From: Phyllobates terribilis
Taxonomy: Eukaryota
Reading direction: 5' to 3'
NCBI RefSeq assembly: GCF_046119375.1
Contig: NW_027362761.1
Span: forward strand, 986,234,001-986,298,000
DNA length: 64,000 nucleotides
Both the position numbers and the translations under genes were made by a program. Below, piece by piece: positions 21,203 through 34,670 of the stretch. Within the stretch, counting starts at the first letter, position 1. The number at the start of each line of letters is the position of its first letter. The notes below the pieces were generated by a model. That model made no database searches and was not told where the DNA came from. It saw nothing but the letters and a program-made list of their open reading frames with translations.

Positions 21203-23739
21203 TAGTGTTGAGCCACCCCCGTAGTGTTCGGGTTCGGTTCGGTTCGTGGAACACCGGGATGTTCGAGGAACTGTTCGTGGAACTGTTCGTCGAACACCTT
21301 AGAACACCGTCGAACACCATTAAAACCAATGGCAGGCAAACAAAAACACATAGAAACACATAGAAAACACCTGCAAAGGTGTCCAAAAGCTGACAAACTG
21401 CTCAGAAGACACTCTTTAAAAAAGCCGGCCGGCAAATTCAGCAGCGGCATACACCGGTACCCGACAATTTAGACAAGAAGGAATAGAGAATCACACATAG
21501 ATTAGATAGATATAAACATGTCAGCCACATATATAAGAAGTACAGTGACAGTGTTGCTTACTGCACTTGTCATTTAGTGTAAAGGATTTATTAAAAAAAA
21601 TATTAGTGTTTTCATGCACCGTCTCTTTTAAAAAGCCGGCCGGCAATTCAGCATCTGTACCCGACAATTTAGAACAGAAATAATAGAGCTTCACACATAG
21701 ATTAGATAGATAGAAACATGTCAGTCACATATATAATAAGTACAGTGATAGTGTTGCTTACTGTACTTGTCATTTAGTGTAAAGGATTTATTTAAAAAAA
21801 TAATAGTGTTTTCATGCACTGTCTCTTTAAAAAAGCCGGCCGGCAATTCAGCAGCGGTACCCGACAATTTAGAACAGAAAGATAGAGCATCACACATAGA
21901 TTAGATAGATAGAAACATGTCAGTCACATATATATGAAGTACAGTGATAGTGTTGGTTACTGTACTTGTCATTTAGTATTAAAATAAAGGATTTATTATT
22001 AAAAAAATTGGCGTGGGGTTCCCCTTAATTTTAGGCTCTAGCGGAGGTTAAGCAGACGGCTGGGGCAGATGTTTGAAGCCTGGGAAGGGGGTAATACCCA
22101 CGGAGCTTCCCAGGCTACTAATATCAGCCCCCAGCTGAATACATAGCCTTTACTAGCTATTAAAATGGGGGACCCCCCCAAAAAAATGACGTGGGGTCCC
22201 CCCTAATTTAATAGCTAGCAAAGGCTAGGCAGACAGCTGGGGGCTGATATTAATAGCCCAGGAAGGGAGCCATGAATATTGGCCCCCTCCCAGGCTAGAA
22301 ACACCAGCCGTCAGCCGCCCCAGAAATGGCGCATCCATAGGATGCGCCAATTCTGGCACTTAGCCTCGCTCTTCCACGCTGCCCTGGTGCGGTGGCAGGG
22401 GGTAATAGGGTTGGGGTTGATGTCAGCTTATAATGCCAGCTGACATCAAGCCCAGGTTAGTAATGGAGAGGCGTCTATAAGACACCTCCATTACTAACCC
22501 CATAGTCAAAGTTAAAAAAAACACAAACACCCAGAATAAAGTCCTTTAATTGAAATAAAGACACAATCCTTTATTGTTCTAAATTAAACCATACTTACCA
22601 TCACGCCCATTCCAGCTGAAGCCAACGATCTCCTGCAATAAAAGAAAAATAATAAAGCAACCTCATCCTTACCTTTCCATGGTTCCCACGACAGCTTCAG
22701 CTCTGCTACATCGAGATGACAGGCTGGACCGCAGCAGAACGCTGCCATCCAGCCTGTCATCCCGCAGACACTGAGAAGCGCAGGCTTGCTTGCGCTGCTC
22801 AGCGTCTCTCTGTGACGACATCCAGATGAGCCGAGTTCATGTCCAATGAACTCGGCTCACCTCATGCACGTCACTGACAGCGTGGGAAAATTCTCACGCT
22901 GAAGCGCTGATTGCAGGAGAATTTTCCCACGCTGTCAGTGACGTGCAGGAGGTGAGCTGAGTTCATTGGACATGAGCTCACCTCATGCACATCACTGACA
23001 GCGTGGGAGAATTCTCCTGCACTCAGCACTTCAGCGTGAGAATTTTCCCACGCTGTCAGTGACGTGCATGAGGTGAGCCGAGTTCATTGGACATGACCTC
23101 GGCTCATCTGGATGCCGTCACAGCGAGACAGTGAGGAGCGCAAGCATGCCTGCGCTTCTCAGTGTCTGCGGGATGACAGACTGGATGGCAGCGTTCTGCT
23201 GCGGTCCAGCCAGTCATCTCGATGTAGCAGAGCTGAAGCTGTCGTGGGAACCATGGAAAGGTAAGGATGAGGTTGGTTTATTATTTTTCTTTTATTGCAG
23301 GAGATTGTTGGCTTCAGCTGGAATGGGTGTGATGGTAAGTATGGTTTAATTTAGAACAATAAAGAATTGTGTCTTTATTTCAATTAAAGGACTTTATTCT
23401 GGGTGTTGTGTTTTTTTTAAATACTTTACTAGAAATTCATGGCGGTCATGTCTAATACTGGCGTGACCCCATGAATTTTGGGCTTGGGGCCAGCTGATAA
23501 TACCAAGCTGGCCCTAACCCCTTTATTACCCAGTGAGCCACCGCACCAGGGCCCTGGATGAGTTGGGTACAGCGCCAGAAGATGGCGCTTCTATGAACGT
23601 GCCATTTTCCGGGGTGGCTGCGGACTGCAATTTGTAGCGGGGGGGGGCCCAGAAAGCTTGGGCCTCCCTGCGCTGCAGATTCCAGCCCCCAGCTGCCTAG
23701 TTGTACCTGGCTGGACACAAAAATAGGGCGAAGCCCCAC

Positions 23740-24265
23740 GTACTTTTTTTTTAATTATTTCATGAAATTCATGAAATAATTAAGAAAAAAAGGCCTTCCC
23801 TATATTGTTGTGTCCGGCCAGGTACAAATAGGCAGCTGGTGGTTGGGGGCAGCCCGTTCCTGCCTGCTGTACCTGGCTGGACACAAATATAGTGCGAAGC
23901 CCCACTTCAATTTTTTTTAATTATTTCATGAAATTCATGAAATAATTAAGAAAAAAAGGGCTTCCCTATATTGTTGTGTCCGGCCAGGTACAAATAGGCA
24001 GCTGGTGGATGGGGGCAGCCCGTTCCTGCCCGCTGTACCTGGCTGGACACAAATATAGTGCGAAGCCCCACTTCAATTTTTTTTAATTATTTCATGAAAT
24101 TCATGAAATAATTAAGAAAAAAAGGGCTTCCCTATATTGTTGTGTCCGGCCAGGTACAAATAGGCAGCTGGTGGATGGGGGCAGCCCGTTCCTGCCTGCT
24201 GTACCTGGCTGGACACAAATATAGTGCGAAGCCCCACTTGAATTTTTTTAAATTATTTCAGGAAA
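23740..24265. repeat. About 167-bp tandem repeat (3+ units), each with an AT-rich palindrome
   Basis: TTAATTATTTCATGAAATTCATGAAATAATT recurs at about 23751, 23917, 24084 and 24250. Confidence 0.9.
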
Positions 24266-25104
24266 TTCATGAAATAATTTAAAAAAAATTGACGTGGGGC
24301 TTCGCACTATATTTGTGTCCAGCCAGGTACAGCAGGCAGGAACGGGCTGCCCCCAACCACCAGCTGCCTATTTGTACCTGGCCGGACACAACAATATAGG
24401 GAAGCCCTTTTTTTCTTAATTATTTCATGAAATAATTTAAAGAAAATTGACGTGGGGCTTCGCCCTGTTTTTGTGTCCAGCCAGGTACAACTAGGCAGCT
24501 GGGGGCTGGAATCCGCAGCGCAGGGAGGCCCAAGCTTTCTGGGCCACCCCCGCTGCAAATTGCAGTCCGCAGCCACCCCGGAAAATGGCGCGTTCATAGA
24601 AGCGCCATCTTCTGGCGCTGTACCCAACTCATCCAGGGCCCTGATGCGGTGGCTCACTGGGTAATAAAGGGGTTAGGGCCAGCTTGGCATTATCAGCTGG
24701 CCCTAAGCCCGAAATTCATGGGGTCACGCCAATATTAGACATGACCACCATGAATTTCTAGTAAAGTATTTAAAAAAAACACAACACCCAGAAAAAAGTC
24801 CTTTAATTGAAATAAACACACAATTCTTTATTGTTCTAAATTAAACCATACTTACCATCACGCCCATTCCAGCTGAAGCCAACGATCTCCTGAAATAAAA
24901 GAAAAATAATAAAGCAACATCATCCTTACCTTTCCATGGTTCCCATGACAGCTTCAGCTCTGCTACATCGAGATGACAGGCTGGACCGCAGCAGAATGCT
25001 GCCATCCAGCCTGTCATCCCGCAGACACTGAGAAGCGCAGGCTTGCTTGCGCTCCACAGTGTCTCTCTGTGAGGGCATCCAGATGAGCCGAGTTAATGTC
25101 CAAT

Positions 25105-25700
25105 GAACTCGGCTCACCTCATGCACGTCACTGACAGCGTGGGAAAATTCTCCTGCACTCAGCGCTTCAGCGTGGGAGAATTCTCACACTGAAGCGCTGA
25201 GTGCAGGAGAATTCTCCCACGCTGTCAGTGACGTGCAGAAGGTGAGCTGAGTTCATTGGACATGAGCTCACCTTATGCACGTCACTGACAGCGTGGGAAA
25301 ATTCTCCTGCACTCAGCGCTTCAGCGTGGGAGAATTCTCACACTGAAGCGCTGAGTGCAGGAGAATTCTCCCACGCTGTCAGTGACGTGCAGGAGGTGAG
25401 CTGAGTTCATTGGACATGAGCTCACCTTATGCACGTCACTGACAGCGTGGGAAAATTCTCCTGCACTCAGCGCTTCAGCGTGGGAGAATTCTCACGCTGA
25501 AGCGCTGAGTGCAGGAGAATTCTCCCACGCTGTCAGTGACGTGCAGGAGGTGAGCTGAGTTCATTGGACATGAGCTCACCTTATGCACGTCACTGACAGC
25601 GTGGGAGAATTCTCCTGCACTCACCGCTTCAGCGTGAGAATCTTCCCACGCTGTCAGTGACGTGCATGAGGTGAGCCGAGATCATTGGACATGAACTCGG
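25105..25700. repeat. About 153-bp tandem repeat of self-complementary hairpin units (about 4)
   Basis: CACCT(C/T)ATGCACGTCACTGACAGCGTGGG at about 25115, 25269, 25422 and 25575; each unit folds back around GGAGAATTCTC. Confidence 0.9.
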
Positions 25701-27204
25701 CTCATCTGGATGTCGTCACAGAGAGACGCTGAGCAGCGCAAGCAAGCCTCCGCTTCTCAGTGTCTGCGGGATGAGAGGCTGGATGGCAGCGTTCTGCTGC
25801 GGTCCAGCCTGTCATCTCGATGTAGCAGAGCTGAAGCTGTCGTGGGAACCATGGAAAGGTAAGGATGAGGTTGCTTTATTATTTTTCTTTTATTGCAGGA
25901 GATCGTTGGCTTCAGCTGGAATGGGCGTGACGGTAAGTATGGTTTAATTTAGAACAATAAAGGATTGTGTCTTTATTTCAATTAAAGGACTTTATTCTGG
26001 GTGTTTGTGTTTTTTTTAACTTTGACTATGGGGTTAGTAATGGGGGTGTCTTATAGACGCCTCTCCATTACTAACCTGGGCTTGATGTCAGCTGGCATTA
26101 TAAGCTGACATCAACCCCAACCCTATTACCCCCTGCCACCGCACCAGGGCAGCGTGGAAGAGCGAGGCTAAGTGCCAGAATTGGCGCATCCTATGAATGC
26201 GCCATTTCTGGGGCGGCTGACGGCTGGTGTTTCTAGCCTGGGAGGGGGCCAATATTCATGGCTCCCTTCCTGGGCTATTAATATCAGCCCCTAGCTGTCT
26301 GCCTAGCCTTTGCTAGCTATTAAATTAGGGGGGACCCCACGTCATTTTTTTTGGGGGGTCCCCCATTTTAATAGCTAGTAAAGGCTATGTATTCAGCTGT
26401 CAGCTGGGGGCTGATATTAGTAGCCTGGGAAGCTCCGTGGGTATTACCCCCTTCCCAGGTCTCAAACATCTGCCCCAGCCGTCTGCTTAACCTCCGCTAG
26501 AGCCTAAAATTAAGGGGAACCCCACGCCAATTTTTTTAATAATAAATCCTTTATTTTAATACTAAATGACAAGTACAGTAACCAACACTATCACTGTACT
26601 TCATATATATGTGACTGACATGTTTCTATCTATCTAATCTATGTGTGAAGCTCTATTCTGTCTGTTATAAATTGTCGGGTACAGATGCTGAATTGCCGGC
26701 CGGCTTTTTTAAAGAGACGGTGCATGAAAACACTATTATTTTTTTTGATAAATCCTTTACGCTAAATGACAAGTACAGTAAGCAGCACTTTCACTGTACT
26801 TCGTATATATGTGGCTGACATGTTTATATCTATCTAATCTATGTGTGAAGCTCTATTCTTTCGGTTCTAAATTGTCGGGTACAGGTGTATGCCGCTGTTG
26901 AATTGCCGGCTTTTCATGTTTCACTGTTGGCACTGTTCCCATCGATTTGGGCAATCACTGTAATGCTACAACCACCATGGCTGTGGCATTACAGTGAGTG
27001 GCAGACAATCCCTGCATGATTGGTGCTCTAAATAGCGCCAGACATGCAGGACACGCTTTTGGTGCACGAACAGTTATCGAAGATAACCTCGAACAGCCGA
27101 ATTTTTTGCAAATCGTTCGGGTTCGTCGAACAACTCGAACACCGCCCAAAACAGCTCGAATTTGAGATTGGCGAACAGTTCTAGTCGAACACCGCTCATC
27201 TCTA

Positions 27205-29996
27205 CTCTCCACCTCAGGAATAAGAGAGTGAAAGTTCTCCTTGTAGCGGGGGTCTAAAAGTGTCACCAACCAGTAATGACTGTCACCCAACATTTTGACA
27301 ATGCGAGGGTCACAGTTAAGGCAGCATAACATAAAGTCAGCCATGCATGCCAGACTGGTAACGGGCAAGACTTCTGTGTCCTCACCAAGATAACGACTGA
27401 CCATGCTCTCCTCCTCCTCCCCCCTGTCCTCAGGCCACCCACGCTGAACCGACGGTATGACAGTTGTACAGGTACTACCGTCTACAGCGCATGATACAAG
27501 CTCCAGTTCTTCCTCCTCCTCCTCCTCCTCTCCCTCAATATCCCCCAATGCACGTTGGGATGAGATGAGGCTGGGCTGTGTGTAATCGACCGCTACGGCT
27601 TTTTGATCCATCTCATCATACTCTGGCTGCAATGCCTCCTCTTTAATTCTCTGCAGAGAGCATTGCAAAAGACAGACAAGTGGAATGCTGATGCTTATGA
27701 TGGCGTCATCGCCACTCACTATGTTGGTGGACTCCTCAAAGTTTGTCAAGATGGTACATATGTCAGACATCCAGGTCCACTCCTGAGGTCTTATGTGTGG
27801 AGTCTGACCTGAATATCGACGGCCTTGTTGCAGCTGGTACTCCACAACTGCTCTCTTCTGCTCACAAATCCTTTGCAACATGTGGAGGGTAGAGTTCCAA
27901 CATGTGGAGACATCACACACTAGTCGGTGTGAGAGAAGCTGCAAACGCTGCTGCAACACAGCAAGGGCGGCGGAAGCTGTAGCCGACTTGCGAAAATGAG
28001 CTGACAGGCGGCGTACTTTGACGAGCAGATCTGGCAACTCGGGGTACGATTTAAGAAACCACTGAACCACGAGGTTAAGCACATGAGCCAGGCATGGTAC
28101 GTGTGTGATCCCGCCTAGCCTCAGAGCCGCCACCAGGTTACGGCCATTGTCACACATGACCATGCCTGGATGTACCTTCAGCGGTCTCAGCCACAGATCT
28201 GCCTCCTCTTTCACAGCTGTCCACAACTCACAAGCAGTGTGAGGTTTCTCACCTAAGCTTATGAGTTTCAGCACAGCCTGTTACCGCTTCGCGGAGGCAG
28301 TACTGCAGTGCTTCCAGCTTGTAACTGATGTGGTGATATCTGAGATGGAGGCTGAACATGAGGAGGAGGATGATGCGCAGGAGCTGTACACTGTGGGGGC
28401 AACTCTGACTGACATAGGGCCCGCAATCCTCCGTGTGGGGAGGATGTGTTCCGTCCCAAGGTCCGACTGGGTCCCGGCTTCCACTATGTTTACCCAGTGT
28501 GCCGTCAGGGAGATGTACCGTACCTGGCCACAAGCACTTGTCCACGTGTCGGTTGCCAGGTGGACTCTCCCAGTAACTGCGTTGTTGAGGGCACGGCAGA
28601 TGTATTGGGACACGTGCTTGTGTAGTGCAGGGATGGCACACCGGGCAAAATAGTGTCGGCTGGGGACCGAGTACCGAGGGACGGCCACCGCCATAAGGTT
28701 GCGGAAGGATTCCGTCTCCACTAGCCTAAAAGGCAGCATTTCCAACGCAAGCAGTCGTGAAATGTGCGAAATTAGGACTGTGGCATGTGGGGCGTTAGCT
28801 GCGAATTTCTGCTTTCGTTCAAAGGTCTGCGATATGGACAATTGAACGCTGCGGTGGGACGTGGACGTGGACGTTGATGCTGTTTCTTGAGAAACTTACA
28901 TAACAAGTGAAGGCTGAGAGGAGGGGGCATCTTTGCATGCAGTATGTACAGGGGATTGCCTTGCACACACAACAGGGGGATCTGTTGCACGCACAACAGC
29001 GGAAGAAGCAGTGGTGACACCCGCTGACACTGGTCGTGGACCCTGGGGTTCGCCCCACAAAGTTGGGTGCTTTGCTGCCATGTGCCTGATCATGCTGGTG
29101 GTGGTCAGGCTGGTAGTTTTGTCACCCCTAATGATGCTGGCATGGCAGGTGGTACAAATGGCCTTTTTGGGGTTATCAGCAGAGTCTTTAAAAAAATTCC
29201 AGACTCTGGAAGACCTACAGGTTGTACTGGCAACAGCCCTCGTGTTGGTGTTATGGGGAACTGTTGCCTGCCTTCTGTGTGCGGCCACCACACTGCTTCT
29301 TCCTGCCTGTTTGGGTACTCTGCCTCCCTCACCCTGTGTGCAGCTGGCCTCGCTCTGCATGTCCTTCTGCCACTTTGGGTCAGTTACTAGATCATCCACC
29401 ACCTCCTCCTCTTCCACTTGCGCACCACGATCCTCCACCTCGCTTCGTGGCAATTGTGTCTCGTCATCGTCCACCTCTTGTGACAAATTGCCAGCGTCGA
29501 CTTCCTGTGGCCGTGGCTGTTCAAATATTTGGGCATCGCTACATGGGATCTCCTCTTCCACCACTTCAAGCGGAGCAGGCGAGGGGCACAAATCTGGAAA
29601 TGGACCAGTGAACTGCTCTTCAGAGTGTCCAAGTGTGGGATCAGTTGCTGTCTGACGACACTCGGCATGATGGGAGGAAGGAGCATCAGGGTGAGGAGGA
29701 GAATGCGGTCGAGACTCATGGCTACTAAGATTTGTTTGTGTGGAAGTCAGAGCGGAGGTGGTGGTGCCCAGTTAACTGGAAGTATTATCTGCTATCCAAT
29801 TAATAACCTGTTCACACTGATCAGTTCGCAATACTGGTGTTGTTCTGTGCTTCCCTAGTAATTCGGTCAAGAAGTGGGAGCGAGAAGATGTGGCTGTTGG
29901 TTGTGGCACATTTTCACCTAGGCCACGGCCCTGTCCTCTGCACGCACCATCACCAGAACGTCCAGTTCCACGTCCCTTGCCTCGCGCCTTGCCCAT
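27205..29996 (-). pseudogene. hAT transposase pseudogene, C-terminally truncated
   Basis: MGKARGKGRG start at 29996; BED finger KKAICTTCH...IRHMAAKH; HLATDTW, MCDNGRN, CLAHVLNLVV; several frameshifts; ends at ...ENFHSLIPEVE. Confidence 0.93.
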
Positions 29997-30084
29997 TGTA
30001 AAGGAAGTAAAATAGCTTACACTTCGCACTATCAATGGAAAAAGGGTAATAAAAAGTAGATTAGAACCGTGGAAGAGGAAAACC

Positions 30085-32045
30085 ACAGTTCTATTTGTCT
30101 GGCCTACACCCAACTCTTTTGAACAATCTGAACAATCAGGGAGAAACTATTACTGTTTTTCTTTACGGAAAAAATACCAAAAGCTGAATAATAGAGATTT
30201 TTTTACAGTGGAATGGCAAAACCATAGTTATTGGTTACTCGGGTATACCAGACAATTTTAAATAGATATATTTGCAGCTCAACAGTGAGCGACACACTCA
30301 AACTGTTTTTTTTCAGGTAAAAATGGCCCAAAAGTGGATAATACAGAGGTTTGAACCTTGGAATGGCAAAACCACACTTCTATTTCTCTGGCCTTCACCA
30401 GACTATTTTCAACAGATATATTTGTGTCTGAACAATCAGGAGACACTATTACTGTTTTTCTTTACGGCAAATAATGGCAAAAGCAGGTTAATACAGATAT
30501 TTGACCCATGGAACTGCAAAACCACACTTCTATTTCTCGGGTCTACACCAGACTATTTTCAACAGATATATTTGTGTCTGAACAATCAGGGCAGTGGTAT
30601 TGGAGGAAGAATAAAAGTCGGTTGCCATCTATTAAATTGTCCAGTAATCCTTTGGCGCTCCCTGAGACCGCTGCACCATTGTTTACTTGTGAAATATCTC
30701 CATATGGAGCCAAAGCGGCAGGAGCAGCCTGGTCTATTTGGATATGTGAGGACCTGAGGTTATCCAGCCACCGGGTTAAACTACTGAGGACCTGCGGTGA
30801 CGTGGTATCTGGTCCGGCAGGATCGTGTGACCACTTGAGGAGCACGGAGTTGCGAGGCAAACACCGACAGGACGGTACTACAAATAGAGGTGACCCGGAG
30901 CCTCATTAATCACACGCTTAATCTTGGTTGTGTAGACGTACACAACCATCACAGGTGAGTGTACTGGCACTTTTTTAATTATTTAAATAGCCCTGTGAGT
31001 CTACACATGCGCCCTTTCTTTTCTTTTCGCATGAACAATCAGGGAGACACTATTACAGTTTTTTTTTACGGCAAAAAATGCCAAAAGCAGGATAATAGAG
31101 ATTTTTTACCGTGGAGCGTCAAAACCACAGTTATAATTTACTGGTGTATACCAGACTCTTTTAAACAAATATATTGGTGTCTGAACAATCAAAAGACACT
31201 ATTACTGTTTTTCTTTACAGCAAAAAATGGCAAAAGCAGGATAATACAGAGATTTGACCCGTGGAACTGCAAAACCACAGTTCTATTTCTTGGGCCTACA
31301 CCAGACTATTTTCAACAGATATATTTGTGTCTGAACAATCAGGAGACACTATTACTGTTTTTCTTTACAGCAAAAATGCCAAAAGCAGGATAATAGAGAT
31401 TTTTTACCATGGAACGGCAAAACGACAGTTATAATTTACTGGTGTATACCAGACTCTTTTAAACAGATATATTGGTGTCTGAACAATCAGGAGACGCTAT
31501 TACTGTTTTTGGTTACGGAAAAAATACCAAAAGCTGAATAATAGAGATTTTTTACCGTGGAACAGCTAAACCACAGTTATAATTTACTGGTGTATGCCAG
31601 ACTTTTTAAAATATATATATTTGCGGCTGAACAGTGAGCAACACACTCAAACTTTTTTTTTTTAGGTACAAATGGCCCAAAACTGGATAATACAGAGGTT
31701 GGAACTGTGGAATTGCAAAACCACACTTCTGTTTCTCTGGCCTGCACCAGACTATTTTAACCAGATATATTTATTTGCGTCTGAACAATCAGGGAGACAA
31801 TATTACAGTTTTTCTTTTACGGCAAAAAATGCCAAAAGCAGGATAATAGAGATTTTTTACCGTGGAACAGCAAAGCCACAGTTATAATTTACTGGTGTAT
31901 ACCAGACTTTTTTCAATATATATATTTGCGGCTGAAAAGTGAGCGACACACTCAAACAGAGGTTTTAACCATGGAACTGCAAAACCACACTTCTGTTTCT
32001 CTGTCCTATACCAGACTATTTTAGACAGATATATTTGTGTCTGAG
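30085..32045. repeat. About 150-bp tandem array of hAT copy 2 (reverse complement of 3966-6400)
   Basis: Unit CCAGACTCTTTTAAACAGATATATTGGTGTCTGAACAATCAGG...GGAACTGCAAAACCACAG. Confidence 0.9.
30592..31031. other. Unassigned 440-bp insertion with a 13-bp flanking direct repeat
   Basis: TGAACAATCAGGG at 30579-30591 and 31032-31044; the interior is unrelated to the array. Confidence 0.65.
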
Positions 32046-34670
32046 CTGTCACAGAAACACTTTTTTTTTTTGGGGGGGGGGCACCAAAAGGTTAGTAAGA
32101 TGGGTATTTGTACAGTGTGAAGGAGGAAAAAAAAAAGAGGATTTAGATGAAAAAAAAGTTCAGACATTTCAGCAACAGTAGCACACAGGACTGTAATGCA
32201 GCTTTTGCTGGTATAACCACTGCGTCTCCTATACAGCCTGCCTGCCTGATATTTGGGATGGATATTAGTCCTGAGAAGGACTGTTTGTTTGATTTGGCAG
32301 CCTTTACAGACCCTACACTAACTATTTTGCAGTATAAATCTCTCCCTAGCTCAGTAGCGCTTTCCCTACACTAGCTGATCCGTAGCGACTGTGTCCAAGA
32401 TGGCGGCGCCCGGATTTAAATACTCAAGGTGACGCTGTGCGGCCAGCCAATCAATGTAATTCCCACAACCAACATGGCTGCGGCATTACAGTGACTGGAT
32501 GGCAATCCCTGCATGTTCATTTGCTCTGTAAAGAGCACCAAACATGCAGGGCGGAGACCCGAGCTCCCGCCCGAGTAACCTGGAAATGCTCGGTGCTCGC
32601 CGAATATCCCGAGTAGCGTGATGCTCGGGCGAGTACCGAGCAGTGTCGAGCTTGTTCGCTCAACACTACTCATGTGTCTTGGTGATCAAATAGCACTGCT
32701 GAGCACGGAAGTTTCACATTTCTGTTCACGCCTCTAAAGTTCCTAGTGGCTTCTAGTTTGGAGGGAACTTTTTCTTTGTCTTTGACACTATTTAAGTGCC
32801 TATGTGTGCTAAAAAAGCATAACTCCTGAGTACACCATACAAGGCTGTGCTGTATTGATTTCCTGAGCACTTGTAAAATAAATCTTATTAATTTGGTGTT
32901 CAAAAGGCAAAGAAGAGAGTGGATTTCACTCACATTGTTATAGGGCTCCAGGATTACTTTTCATACGCATTAGAATGACATAAAACATGCAAAATAGTTT
33001 CTAAGTGAAATTCCATGGAGTCATGAGAACTGAGTTGTCTCATTTCCACACAGCGCCATGCTCCCGGCCACAGAGCTAGTGTAAAGAGAAAAAAGCTTTA
33101 AATAATTTCTAGTATTGGTGAGGGTACTAAAGCTTTCACTTTATGGGATGGTAGTACCTTTTTAAAGATCATGAATTAATATTAGACTGCAGACGTGTAT
33201 CGGAATAAAAAACTGTTTCTCAAGATCAAGTCTTATTTATTGAGCTCCTTTACTATATAGTCAGGTTATGAAAAGGGGATCAATTAGCCAATCAAATGTA
33301 AGAACTTGCTGAGGCGCTAACAGTGAGACTCTCTGAATCATGCCTCACCACTATCAGCAATTTAGCTAGGAGAACATGAAAATTATAGGGATAGTGGATA
33401 CAATTTGCACCTGGTTACACATATTTATAGGTGTACTGTAGTGGGAAATTTGCTTCCTTTCCTCATGATTCTAACTCTGACAGATTCTGTCTGCTATATC
33501 TCTTAACGTTGCTTACACAATGAAAAGCCAAATCTTTTTTTTTTCATGCTTAGTAATTATAATTGATATTGTAGCCGCTCCATAACTGGAGGTAACTTGC
33601 AATGCTAGGTTCTGAAAAAGTAATAATTAATAACTGCAAGGTTCCACAACTAAACATTTATAGAAGGTTGCATTGCTTAATACTGTAATAGTGATTTTAA
33701 ATTAACATTGACAAATATAATCTATTGCTGGCCAGAATTAGTTTAGTTCATTAAGTTACTTTCAATTATAGCAAACCCTTAGTTAAAACATATTTAGTAA
33801 ATGCTCATCTAATATTCAGTAATATTGACGTCTATGGAAATTAAATAATTCATTCAGCACCCCACTGATTTCAAATTTTACATCTGATTAATTTCCAGTA
33901 ATGTTTAATTAGGGAACTATGGCTTATTAAATTACTCTGGATTATTAAAAAAAAAAATCAATAATAGGATAGACATCCTTACAGCTATCTGACAGTCTTA
34001 ATGAAGTGTTTGATTAATTGGAAAAGTTGCATGATTGAGCTGTACACTTATCATTATGCTTCATTGTGAAAGGAGGCATTTAGAAGGAAGATGACCTCTT
34101 TCTTATTTTACAATAAAATACATATTAGTAAAATGAAATGAAAAATGACTCGTTCAGTATGGAGGTTATTTTGAGTGCAAAATAAATTACGGTGAATTGA
34201 GTGAACTTTTCTGATGTGTAAATTGGATCATTCTTACACACTAGGGTTTCATAATTAAAAAGCACTTTTCACTGTGGGAAATTTGACTGAATTTCTTATT
34301 AAAAGTAAAAAAAAACCATCAATCAGGAAGAGGTAGTGATTCTCAGAGAGCTCAATCCATTAAACTTGAAGAACAAAGGCAAATGGTGAATGATTTGCTC
34401 AAGGAAAATGTAAATCTTTTAAGACTTAGTACTGTACAATCATTTATGAGCAGATTACTTGTGTGATATTCTATTTGGATATTATTTGTAGTTTTGTCAG
34501 CAGAACATCTCAGTCAGTTAAAAAATTGAAATATAGCAATAAATTAGACATACATAAATAGAAAAGCACATGTTTAATGCATCAGACAGACCATTGAAAG
34601 AGTTGTTCAACATGAAAAATAATTGCAAGCTACAGGAATGTTTTAAAAACAATAAACTTAGGCATATTAA

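Larger units (their letters stand above)
21203..27204. mobile_element. Non-autonomous fold-back hAT element, 6.0 kb, with nested palindromes; flanks do not form a TSD
   Basis: TIRs TAGTGTTGAGCC...CGCTCATCTCTA, same family as 15220-18613 and 50839-53912. Flanks are CCCACGAC and CTCTCCAC. Confidence 0.9.
27205..32668 (-). mobile_element. 5' half of a second autonomous-type hAT copy
   Basis: Left TIR CGCTCAACACTA ends at 32668. Same 150-bp array and transposase as 3300-14699; truncated at the TIR ending at 27204. Confidence 0.92.

Noticed and set aside
26955-27204. Apparent novel C-terminus of the 439-aa transposase ORF (SRDERCSTRTVR...)
   Set aside because: Read-through into the TIR of the adjoining non-autonomous element; the same peptide appears at 18380-18601 and 53679-53900.
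30783-30830. CTGAGGA followed by a CCTGC/GCAGG stem (hammerhead-like)
   Set aside because: No GAAA after the stem and no stem I or III.
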